In this document: piece by piece, positions 14,618-26,395 of the stretch
Position numbering within the stretch: the stretch's first letter is position 1
Layout: every line of letters starts with the position of its first letter
Assembly (NCBI GenBank): GCA_051294905.1
Contig: CM119373.1
Location: 3,040,001-3,104,000 of the forward strand
Direction of reading: 5' to 3'
DNA from: Botryllus schlosseri
Taxonomy: Eukaryota
Length of the DNA stretch: 64,000 nucleotides
Translations under genes and position numbers: made by a program
The notes under the pieces: generated by a model
What the model saw: the letters and a program-made list of their open reading frames with translations, nothing else
Told to the model about the DNA's origin: nothing
Databases searched by the model: none

Positions 14618-16129
14618 CTGTATTGCTCTTTCTCGCCGTCGTGCAAGGCGAATTGATTGTCTATTGATTGTCTTCGGTCGGCCGGCCGGTCGGTCTTGAT
14701 TGATTGAACGTCGCAAGGTCAACCACTTTAACGCAGAGCGAACGTTTGAACGCAACCTTCTTGGAGTCAGATATACAATTATACAACTACAAACGTTCGC
14801 TCTGCGTTAAAGTGGTGACCCCGACGTGACCCCGACGTGAATATATTTGTTTCCGTCTCCCTGACTTGTAACTTTATTGAATATCAAGTACGGTTCAAAA
14901 TGCAGTATATCTTTCTCGCAATTGGCGAAGTACTTATGAATGTCTATCCACTTCCGAACCAGCTAATAATCATGAATGTATATCAACTTCCGAACCAGCT
15001 AATAATCATGAATGTATACATACACAGTACACACGTATATCTCGAAATGAACCCGACGTCGTACGATTTCATATTTCGTTATCTACGACCACATGACAAA
15101 TTATACGACTCACACAGGTATTATCAGGTAAGGTTCACAACACTCCCTATTGTTCAAATCTTAAAATGGTGTGAACAATATATTTCGTTAAACGTGGTTT
15201 CGTGATTGCCCGCCTCTGCTGTCGGTTGCCCGCCCACTCTTCAACAACGACTTTCAAACGCATTTAGACAAATGTTAGCGGCTTTCCTGGGAGCTTCTTT
15301 CAAGCCCATTATTGTTTTTTAACAATAATCTACTGAATAAGCGATGGACACGCATAATTCCAAACATTTTCCAAATTTTGAACAACCCTAGTGGTCATGC
15401 TGCTGCGGCGCTCTCAGTTTTCAGAACAGTCGGCCTTAAACGGCTATTTTGGAGCAGTTACATTGCCCTGACGAGATTTTATTTTGTATTTTCGGAATTA
15501 GTACATCAATAGCTTACGATAAAGACCAGATGCATCAAATTTGGACGCATGGATCGCCAGCTGTAGGACTACAAAGTTTGCTGCTTTTAGCCGGCTCTGC
15601 AGTACGTTTGTCGGTGCATTCATCCGTGACTCACATCTTTAGCATCTATCCGTGGGTTGGCAATCTACAATACGATTTCAGATTACGATGCTGCTTCGTT
15701 ACTTCGTCTGGCTAACTAACCAGACCTCTGGATATTATATAACGTCTTATCTGACAAAGCACAGTTTTGTTTTTACTCCTCATCCTAATTCCTTCGTCCC
15801 TCGATAAAAATAATATTATGTCTATAATTATATACTATATACGCAAATCCAACACGTGCATATATTATAATACTTTTTCAACGACATACTGCATCCTATC
15901 CTTAATCCTAACCCATAGAAAATTAGGTAAATAACATTTTACATTTCCAATTACGTGAGCCATAATTACCGAGCATACAAAACACGCTTATATTACGTCA
16001 CAATGACATCTTACATAGCATACTATGTACGCACATAAACGCATTTATTACTACACAATCTGAACTAGACTTGAATTGTAGTTAAATACGACGCTACGGT
16101 TGTCAAGGAACACGGTTGAATTTATGATT

Positions 16130-16330
16130 ATTCAATTACATGTTCAACAGCAGCAATTGTAATTGGTATTGTAATGTAATTGAAGCATGCAAGGAGTAAT
16201 TGTAATTGTAATTGTAATTTGATATTTTTAGCATGGAGTAATTGTAATTGTAATGTAATAGAAACATGCATGAAAGTAATTGTAATTGTAATTGTAATTG
16301 AACTGAAATAATGTAATTGATCCAATTCTG
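16130..16330. repeat. (TAATTG)n-rich degenerate microsatellite, probably the end of a non-autonomous transposon
   Basis: Multiple gtaattgtaattg runs. Confidence 0.8.
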
Positions 16331-18363
16331 ATTCAATGTATAAGATCCAAGTAGGCCTTATTTGACGGCACCTTGCAGACAGGCATTCCACAAACATCGT
16401 GAAAATGTAATTTACCATTCTACTACGCTTGACACGAAAAATAAACATCGTAAAAGCTGCCGGGTTATAATATTAACGGGATCTATGACGTGCCACAATT
16501 TTATGTAGAATATCTTAAAATCTACTGAAGATTGATCTGATATCAGACCACTTGAGAGGGGTAGCCTAATCCTGGTTTTGATATAGTCGTGATAAGTATG
16601 GGCTATTCTTACTGTCATTGCCAAAGTCAAATTGAATCAGCGTTAGATTTTGCCTTCAATTGTTGGAACAGATCAATAACAACTTAAATATAATCATTGA
16701 TCCATAGTGTTAGCATATTGCTTCTTAACCTTTTTAACGATCGTACCTCTTGTGCTTCCATTGAGATTTCTCGTAGCCCCTGTCCATTTTCAACATAATT
16801 TCTTATGGTACTAATATTAAAATCTGAAAGCCCATTCACATAAAATCGCGCGTAGCGCGAAAACTATTTTCCAGTTGAGTAAATTGACCAAGAAAATATT
16901 CCACAGCATATAGGCCTAATTCCCCAATGCATCTCGAACACCCTGATGTGGTGCTTCGTACCCCGACGAGGTCTACGGACCCTGAACCTCTGGAATAGAA
17001 ATGTCCAATCGGCAAAGAATTCATTGGTGTTACAACTGTAACTACTACTACTACCTTAGTCGCCACCCATAATAACACGGATAAAGAGAACCAAGAGCAA
17101 CCAGCATGTAACCAACTATACGTCACGGGGGTCACGCAATGCCAATGGTTGCCATACTGACCTGATTAGATAGCTATATTGCCTACGCCTGATATATTAC
17201 TATTCCCCATGACAGTTTTGACAGATTGTTGGGTCCGTAGGACCAATCCGAAATCAAGTAACTTTACGAGAAGGTCGAACCAAATCAAATCACAATTTTA
17301 AGTCATGATTCATCAACGGGTCATGTTTTATCATCATGATCTAGAAATGTGACGTAATAGCTGATCTTCTACCGCATGTTAGCTTTTAAAAATGATGTGA
17401 TGGTGAAGTTTGTTGAGATTTCAGTGATTTTTATAGTTTTAGGGTGAACTTTATCAAGTTTTTTTTATCTAAAAAGCATATGACACTTGAATATATTGTT
17501 GAATACTTGAAATTCCGAAATGCCATCGCGGGAAGCACAAAATGCTCTTGCGGCCCGCATGCAGCCCGCGGGCGGCGTGTTTGAGACCTGTGCTATAGAC
17601 TCTCTGTATAGACTCAGTTTGAGAGGATTTGTCCTATTTTTTGACTTTTTTGAAAGTGTCCACGGAGGACCCCTAAATGTTCTCTTTTTTGAGAATTTTG
17701 GATAAACGTACGTGGAAATTTGACCGAGATATAGGAAATCAGCGGCCAAATAACGGTCCGAAGGGTTTACGGAGAATTGAGCCAGAAAATGACCTTTTTT
17801 TTAGTCAACTGGCCACGAATTTGGGTAATATTTACCATTTTTCAGGATTTTAGTATATATTAGTATATATTTAGTACAACGATAACGAAAAAGTAACGAT
17901 AAAATTGTAAATAACATGTAAGTAAACTGGATATATCATGTGCAACGGGTAACGACCCGGGTAAGAAAGTGTGGTTTTAATGGAAGCAGTCTATGAATGT
18001 AGCCGCTAAGTAGCCTACATGGTGCAAACAAATAATATCTACTCGAGCAGTCAAAATGAATGAAAAGACCTAATTTCGATCACACTAGAGGTGAGAAAAT
18101 AATGGCCTGGACATATTGGATTCGTACGACCGACCACAAGAAATTCATTTTCTCGTGGATTTTCATATTGCGCCTGGACCGCGAGATGGCGATATGAAGC
18201 CCTATTCCTTTCTCCTCTTTTCGCAACCTTTTGCAAATCAATCACCGCGAGACGTCGCTATGAAGTTTAAGTCAGAGTCAATACACTCAAACGTCGGTAT
18301 GACGTCATACTCATACGAAAGGATGGATCGTTTTGAAGTGTAACATATCCACAAAAGTCTAGT

Positions 18364-19683
18364 TCACAATCTTTTTCGGAACTTCATCTCCGAAAAGCGG
18401 AGGTTGTTGGCCCAACTCCGCCACAAGATTCCCTTGCGGCCTGTTTTGTTGAAGTTCCCATTCAGATTGCTCAAGCCGCAGTTGTCATACCACCAGCCTC
18501 CTTCGTAGTCGGAAGCGCAATTCACATTCCACCAACCATCGTGATCCGCGTCATTCGTTGAGAATTGCCGACTGTTGCGAAATGCGAGACCATTATAGGT
18601 TACATCTCCGGAGTATCCGGATACGTGTAGTCTGTACTTGTCGGATTCGGGTCCGATGCGGAAGGAGCTGAAAAATGAGAACCGCTGAGTGAATGTCGAA
18701 TGATTCCAAAATGGTAAATTCCTTGCCTTGTTTTTCGCTCGAATAGTTTGTATTCCAGCCTGCATGCGTAATAAGCCTATAAGCCTATAACCATTATATT
18801 ACGGATCATTAGGGTTCTTTCCTAGCAATACTTTTATTCACCAACCATGAAATTGGCAAATATACGGTGAATACAGTTATTAATCGCTAAAACAGTGACC
18901 CTAACGACGATATAAGTTGGCATATCTGTACACCCCCGTTGATTTAGTCGCAATCTGACGTTATAGCCCTGTGTGTGCGTTGTGAGAAATAAAAGATTTA
19001 TGAAATGCACCGAAATGATAATGCCAACGACTCATATTCACCTGAATTTAGCAACCCAATAAACCCCAGATTTCTTGATCATTTTGATTTTCATCTCCAT
19101 ACTCCCTGTCTTGGTCAAGTGATGCAATGCTTCCAGGCCTGGAAGAAAGTAGATTGCCAGATGATCAGATAGGCTTACTAACATATGTGCAGGAGCTCTT
19201 GGCGTGGGCGCAGTGACAAGATGGTGAAACAAACACTCCAGTAGTGCTCACTCTAAGCTCGCTCACACTGTCAATTTACTTTACCATAGATCTGCTAGAT
19301 CACGACCAATGGATGTGGCACCTCTACGCCCCTCATGCGTGTCTGGGCACACTTCATGAGAAAGTTATATAAAAAAAGTCGTACCCAACCAATGATCTCC
19401 TTGCAAATCACCGAATCCTTTCACGTAATCATCCCAACCTTTGTAGAAATCGACGTATCCGTTCGTTCTTCGCTGGAAAACCTTTCATGAAAATGGAAAG
19501 AAATCATTTGTTTTCTGCAACAATTGCGCACTCAACTCACGGTCCAGACTCCCCCGTCGTCAGTTACGTCACAGAATACCATCTTGATTCCGACTTCCGG
19601 TATGTCTAATTTGAACACACCCCCAGAATCATTACATGCTAATGCTGATTTCAATTTGGCGCCGTCACAACTTCTCATTAGAG
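18364..19683 (-). CDS. Fibrinogen-related domain (FReD) exons of an EGF+FReD gene: 19683-19541, 19481-19385, 19138-19042, 18667-18364
   Basis: All four exons have GT-AG introns with compatible phases. They splice to (P)LMRSCDG...MVFCDVTDDGGVWT|VFQRRTNGYVDFYKGWDDYVKGFGDLQGDHWLG|LEALHHLT...AKFS|SFRIGPESDKYRLHVSGYSG...FSTNDADHD...NCASDYEGGWWYDNCGLSNLNG...SEMKFRKRL*, which carries classic fibrinogen C-terminal motifs. Confidence 0.93.
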
Positions 19684-21833
19684 CTAGAAATCATAGAATT
19701 CGTTTCATAATCGTCAATCGACGAATGACGCCAATCTTTAAAGCCTTGAAATGTCAGATTGGTGGCAGTGAACAGCGTGATACTTTTCAAGTTACTAGTG
19801 CTCTGAACGTAATGCGTACTACCGGTCCGTTGATATTTTAATGCTAAACCGCGGAAGAGTGTCGGACTGTCGGTACCCCTCACCTAATCGAGACGTGTTG
19901 TGGTTAAGGCGTTGGCGTCATTTGTTAGTGCATTCATTCATGTATGTAGATTAACGAAACGTGGGATATGTTCAACCCATCTATTTTCTCTGTCTGCAAT
20001 ATCTGTGACTGAGTTGTTCGTTATAACGGTTGGCATTTCAACTGTTAAGCCATATACTATATCTTGTAATAATTCTGATTAAAATTTGTCATACTCATTT
20101 CAGGTAATCTACGAGTTATTTTGTTGCTATATTTAGCCATTATTTTACGATGGAGAGTTGGAGACTGAAGCCATGAAGTGATTGCGATATGCTCAAATAT
20201 CAGTAGCCTGTAAGTCTGATGGTGAATTGAAAAGAATGCAGCGTTGGCGAAGGCAGCAGCTCATAAAATATCGTCCTCTAAGCATTGGTTCAACCTGCAG
20301 CGACATAATGTCCATGATCAGCCGATTATCACTGCTAAAGATATCTAGCTGACAGTAGATCGTACGAATATGAGGCCAGTGGAATCACCCAGATATCAGA
20401 GACTACTCCAAGCCTAAACTTGGGAGAAATCATTCACATTTTGGCTCTGAATGAAGTAAGCGTGCCACACAGTGACTAATCTGCTGATGGTAGCTCCGCG
20501 TTGCCTTGATCCTATTCTTCCCTCGAAGGCACAGACTTGTTTGATAAACCAGATTTTGTCTGTATTTCAATTCAAGAACAGGAATATTTGTATTAAACTA
20601 AACCCAGAAAGAAGATCTCTCTGTGTCTCGACTGAAATCAATATGTCGTTTTATGAATTTTATAAGACTGTCTGTCTGTATTTGACCGGTATTTTGTATG
20701 TATGCTCATGCTGGATTTTATCATAACTAACACGATAATGAAAACATATTGTCAAATTGTGATGTCTTACAACATAAGGGTCAGTATGTCTGCCAGAAAG
20801 CAGATAGGGCTAATAGCAGCTATAAGCCGCAGTCGCGAGAGGGATAGTGGACGGCAACAAAAGGGTTAATTAGTCTGAGTGAGAAAATTGTATCTTTTGA
20901 AGCATCATTTTGACATCGAATGCGCATGATACGCCGGGCGATCGCTTTCCATTTTGTTGACTGGGTTTTGGTGTCTATGCCTCAAACTTAAAGTTTACAT
21001 GAAATACGATTAAATCCATAGGTGGATAAATACACGTTTAATGTATCAGTATAGGGACCCGACCCGCCAAGTGCTTCATTTTTCCATATCCGGCCCGCCG
21101 GCTGCAGAAGTTGCCCGCCCCTGGCTTAGTTCGGTATCAGTGTGTGGACGGTACGACGCAACTATGACATGTAAAATCGAAATATAATTAGGAATAGTCC
21201 TATTGCCATTGTTGACACTTGGAAGTTTAAGCGCAGATTAAACTCATACCGAGTTCAAAAAACAATATTTCTGTCAGGCGGCTTCGCGCCTCACCTCAGA
21301 CACCTCGTCGCCCTATAACCCTAAAATCAGTCACGAATTTGGCATTTTGCAGTTTGTCATCGCGACGCAACAATGTCGTCTTGAATAACGATTCCGCAGC
21401 TCGGGAGCAAGTGATCAGCTGCGACGAGAGTGAGAGTAATCAATGAGCAGCGCGAAAACGAGCAATGCTCTTTTGTCTCGTCACAGATACACATTGCGGT
21501 ATTAATGACAGATGTCCATAATTTCTTCTAGTCTACTTCTAGTCCACAACAACGTAGGCAATTTAGTTCACACCGATTACTTGGTGAATTAAAATTGACT
21601 CGAAAATTTTGCTTCGAGTCACGAGTCAATCCATATTTTTGAAACATCGAGTCAAGGCACGTCAAGTCATGACTCGATCCGTACCAACACTGATTCACGG
21701 TAATTTATGTATGGAGAGGAAGCGATGTATCAAACCTACTCAAGTTAGACTCAGTCAAATATTGTGGCAGTAAGCGACTCATCTCCTTCGCATAGCTCAA
21801 AATCCAGAAACAATATATAGCCTATATACTTAC

Positions 21834-21953
21834 GGCTGCAATTTTTGCCATAATATCCTTCGGTGCAGTTACACGAATAGTACGGAGTAGTGGCCTTACT
21901 AAGACATGTTCCGTTATGTTGACAGACATGCGGATGGTGTTCGCAGTAATTTT
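21834..21953 (-). CDS. EGF-like domain exon (intact, six Cys), phase 1-1
   Basis: 120 bp, AG acceptor and GTAAGT donor; NYCEHHPHVCQHNGTCLSKATTPYYSCNCTEGYYGKNCS. Phase joins the first FReD exon. Confidence 0.9.
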
Positions 21954-22575
21954 CTAGATGGAAACGAAGCGATGCGTCAAACCTACTGAATTTATACACA
22001 GCCAAGTGTTGTGGCTGCGGTTGCAATTCAAACAAACAGTTTTTTTTAAACACCTTGCTTAAAATATGTTATTAACAGTGTTTAAAACAAATGCCTTTTT
22101 TGAACATTTACGTAGTATAATACAGCCGAAATTGTGCGAAAACTTTCGAAAACGTGTAGTATGAGGCTACGGACGATTTGCACCAAATACTGTCGACGTA
22201 TACGATGTCGAGCCCTCGAAATCATCGTTGGTTCGACAGGTATAGTAAGTAGATATAGATTGGTACGTAATGGGTGTTGTTATGATGATTACCCTCGACC
22301 GTAAAAATGCTGCATAACGATGTAGCCCTGGTTGAAGATATTATCGGTCTCTTTATGACAGTAGCCGGAAGCCCTTTTCGTCGAAGCAGCCATATATACC
22401 CTATATTTTCAACTGTCAATGCCACTCCATGACTTGAAAACAAACATATTTGAACAAGGGCCATGCTTTAAATATGTTTGTTTCAAATTGGCTTTTATTT
22501 TCAATTGAACCCTAGTTATGGCACTGAGCGACTTATTTCCTGGGCATTGCCCAAAATTAGAAGCGATATACTTAC

Positions 22576-22695
22576 GGCTGCAGTTTTCTCCGTAATATCC
22601 GTCGGTGCAATTACACGTATGATACGGTTGCGTGTCATTCATTATACATGTCCCGTTATGTTGGCAAACATTGGCGTGGTGTTCACAGAAATTTT
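22576..22695 (-). pseudogene. EGF exon copy with lost splice acceptor (AG to AA)
   Basis: NFCEHHANVCQHNGTCIMNDTQPYHTCNCTDGYYGENCS with intact GTAAGT donor, but the homologous acceptor position (22696-22697) reads AA. Confidence 0.7.
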
Positions 22696-22808
22696 TTATA
22701 TATAAACGCAGCGATGTGTCAATCGTACTGAATTTATGCACAACCAGGTGCGGCAGTGAGCGAGTCTACTTCTTGACGTAACTCAAGAATTAGAAACGAT
22801 ATATCGAC

Positions 22809-22925
22809 CACTGCAGTTTCTTCCATAATATCCGTCGGTGCAGCACCTATAGTACGGTTGAGTGTCGTTATTCAGGCATGTTCCGTTATGTTGACAAACA
22901 TTAGGGTGGTATTCATAGTGATTTT
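22809..22925 (-). pseudogene. Degenerate EGF exon copy
   Basis: 117 bp (one codon deleted, YRCCT), first Cys replaced by Tyr, weak donor GTCGAT. Confidence 0.7.
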
Positions 22926-23295
22926 CTATATAGAGACGAAGCGATGTGTCAGACACATTGAATTTAGCCATGAGCAAGTGATTTGACAGCGAGTGAATAT
23001 TTCCCTGGGCGCGGCTCGGGAATTAGAAGTAACGCTGGGAAAATGATTCGAGTACTGAAAGCTGGAAGACGATAATTAATTCTAATGTTTCGAGTTTGGT
23101 AGCGCGAGATGATTTTTTTCGTGTACTGGAAGCTACTTGCCACTAAAAGTAAAGCTATCAACGAGAATTATTGTTTCGATACTACTTCACACTGTGGAAG
23201 TTTTGAAACCTGATTGCTCGCATCGCAGGACATGATCGAAACATGTAGTACCGAGCTACACAGGGTGGTATTTGAACTTTCCACATCGTTTAGAC

Positions 23296-24198
23296 CAGAG
23301 GTGTCAAACATACGGCCCGCTTGCCGCATCCTTCCCGCCAGACGATTTCATCCGGCCCGCGAGGCAATTCTGAGTAGATTTAAAAATCCTTGTATTATCC
23401 ATTAGATTTCTAACAAATGTTTACTGGCTACTATTATTGTAAGATATACTTCCCACAAGGCAGAAAATGTCAAGATCATATAGGCCACATTATAATCATC
23501 CGGCAGCGGTGTTATGCTTTCACTTAAGTCACCATCTGGAACATGTTGGTGATAGTGACATCCACCTCCAAAAACTCAAAATAAGTCCTCACTGAGTTTG
23601 GGAAAGATGAGACAAAAAGTAATTGTTCGCGAAGCGAAAAAGCTAAAGAAAAACTGGTATTATATTCAGAGGATATAATAGTTACAAAGTAGTATAATTG
23701 AAATCTATTTGGTCACAATGATGTATCTCACTCCTGACTCAAAAGGTCCCAGACAGACAGAGAAACCCGAATCACGATTATACGATTATTGAGAATGGGC
23801 CAAAGTATAACGTCCGAGTTTACAGTTGAACCAACTCTTGTATTCCGCACAAGGCATATGCAAAGTTCACGCCAGAATACGACTAAAACAGAGGTAACAT
23901 ACACGTTTGCCAACGTTAGAGTCAGTGTTTTAGCGATCGAATTCAAAAGACCAATCTTCGAATTTTGCCGAAAATTTCCGTTGTTTGCAAATAAAGGTGT
24001 TGCTAGAATATAACCCTATTATCCTTAATGTAATGTAATTTACAATTATGTATACAGGATTGATAATTAAAGTATTCAAGTGGAAAGCAAGGACGTGCAT
24101 TCTGAGGTAACATATTGAAACCAATTGACTGGTCCGGCCCTCGAGCGGTTTGAAGGTTCGAATCCGGCCCGCGGCGCAAGTTGAGTTTGACACCTCTG
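23296..24198. mobile_element. hAT (Charlie-like) non-autonomous element within the EGF exon array
   Basis: Perfect 14-bp TIRs CAGAGGTGTCAAAC / GTTTGACACCTCTG with subterminal GGCCCGC motifs; no matching TSD. Confidence 0.8.
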
Positions 24199-24256
24199 AC
24201 TCCAAGCCTAATACTCGAATCATAGATTCGGCTGTAACTAGAAGCAATACACTTAC

Positions 24257-24376
24257 CACTGCAGTTTTTTCCATAATATCCGTCGGTGCAATCATACGTA
24301 TGGTACGGCTTAGTGTCATTATTTAGACATGTCCCGTTATGTTGACAAGCATGCGGGTGGTGTTCACAATATTTCT
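24257..24376 (-). CDS. EGF exon copy (fourth Cys replaced by Tyr)
   Basis: 120 bp, CAG acceptor and GTAAGT donor; KYCEHHPHACQHNGTCLNNDTKPYHTYDCTDGYYGKNCS. Confidence 0.75.
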
Positions 24377-24497
24377 CTGCATGGAAACGAAGCGATAAAT
24401 GGGTCACACCTACTCACGTTATAGACGCAACCAAGCATTGTGGCAATGAGCTAGTCTTCTTTTGGCATAGATCAAGAATTATAAGCGATATACTTAC

Positions 24498-24617
24498 GGC
24501 TACAGTTTCTTCCACAATATCCGTCGGTGCAATTGCACGTATAGTACGGTTTAGTGTCATTATTCAGACATGTTCCGTTATGTTGACAAACATTCGGCTG
24601 ATAATTGCAGTAGTCGC
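24498..24617 (-). CDS. EGF exon copy (six Cys plus one extra Cys)
   Basis: 120 bp, CAG acceptor and GTAAGT donor; DYCNYQPNVCQHNGTCLNNDTKPYYTCNCTDGYCGRNCS. Confidence 0.82.
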
Positions 24618-25164
24618 CTGCATTGACAAGCAGCGACATCATGTTAAAGTTCCTGGTGTTTAGGTAGATGAAGCGAATGTGTTGGGTCCCGACTACATCA
24701 TTTCTTATCGGCAATGATAAACGTAACAAGAACTATCATCGGTTATCCTACGGATGCAGTTCACTGGTTCACCTGCATGTATACTCGAATAGTAGGCCTA
24801 CTGTTACTTGCATTTCCCCAAAAATCTCCCTCCTACTATACAGCGATTCGGGAAGTCCCTACGCTGTATACTGTGAACGCAGGTCCGAAACAGCACTTCA
24901 TCAGCCATCCAATAAAAAATAGAAAAACGTTGGTCTTGGGCCCCCATAGGGTGATAACCCAGCTTTTTGGGGACATAACCCGAAGACCACCCCCCCCCCC
25001 CAGGGTCTACGGGTTGCCGCTACTATCACCAACATAAGGTGCACTCATTAGCCTATATCACCCAAACGGGCATAATTCATAATCGAATCGGTCAATATGA
25101 TCGGGAATTGCATATATATTGCTATCAATTTTTATCCTCTCTCTGCTCACGTAATCAGATTTAC

Positions 25165-26395
25165 CTGTAGAGCTGAGTAAGGTGTCTTGGAAAATGTAGG
25201 GTCCGAAGATAATAATTGAACATTTATTCGGGCGGACCCGTTGGTATATTGTCTACGTTACATGATGTTATTTTGTGACTTTCTGTCTGCTATGTCAAAA
25301 GATATTGAAATCACCCAAACGTACTAAACTAAAAGACGCACACGATTTAAAATTGGTATTTCTTCACTGGCAAATGATGTTTCTCTGCGGAATGGCATTT
25401 GTCTTGTGGGGTTCCGATTTCCAACACAGGAACATTCGGCGCCCACCATTTAGGCACATACGGACAATGGAACATACATGTACGTACAATGTACATATAT
25501 CAAAGTTTTCGGTCACTATAAGGGCATTCCTTTTCGGCCAAGGTTTTCCCGCTATTTCAAACAATTCAATAACATTTACCAACATGTGTTCCTGATCTGA
25601 TTCATCCTAAACAACTAAAGAATATTAAATTTTGTTCAATTTTCATGCACATAGTTTCAAAATTTATATATGGTGTCATTGCAAATATATATTCTTATCA
25701 TTTCTATATTTATAAATATTTATGAACATGCCTTTTCCTGGTATAATAAGACGAATAAGACTGGATGTTTCACTGCTCTTCAACTTTATAATTTGACAAT
25801 AGCTCTGTGGCTCACGGTCAAGTGATGGCCCATCGGTTAAGAACCACTGCGTGAATTAGTTCAAAACCATGGTTGTTTGTTTGGTTGGTTGGTCGGCTGG
25901 TTGATTAGCAAGCGCTGGCAGCGTCGCAAGCAAGTGAATTTTCTTTTTACACCCCGAAACACATACGGAACGCAAGACATGGGCCCTTATCACATGATCT
26001 CGGTGTAGACATATTATTGGTATATTTTCTTACCTGAGAAGTCATAGGTGGAATACATCGTGGTTTCAATTTTACAGCGGCCATCGACACAGTCCGAAAA
26101 TAATTTTTGGAGCTTCACCATGTTACTCGGACCTGCGGGTGTATAAGATTTAATCATGCGATATCGAATTCAGCGTATAGCGGAGTGTTCGCCTGTTCAG
26201 TATTATAGTAAAACGCTAGTAACATGCGAATGTAGAAACGATTCTAGACACCGTTATTGTTATGGCAGAACGAGGTGACGAAGTAAAGGCCGCCTATATA
26301 AAGGAAACGGATTATATTAAATTACCTGAAGAGATACGAATATCTAAGATAACAACTTGTAAAATAAGTTATTGTTATATACAAGGTATTTTCAT
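25165..26395 (-). CDS. Candidate 5' exons of the EGF+FReD gene (26395-26326, 26132-26034, one starting near 25596, 25252-25165)
   Basis: Strong CAG|GTAA donors at 26326, 26034 and 25165, all phase 1 in the proposed frames. Open frames GPSNMVKLQKLFSDCVDGRCKIETTMYSTYDFS and TIYQRVRPNKCSIIIFGPYIFQDTLLSST. No recognised domain; the end of the middle exon is unresolved and the first candidate exon has two in-frame stops. Confidence 0.4.

Noticed and set aside
19665..19883. 72-aa minus-strand ORF adjoining the first FReD exon
   Set aside because: Different frame from the FReD exon, which has its own acceptor at 19684-19685; treated as intron.
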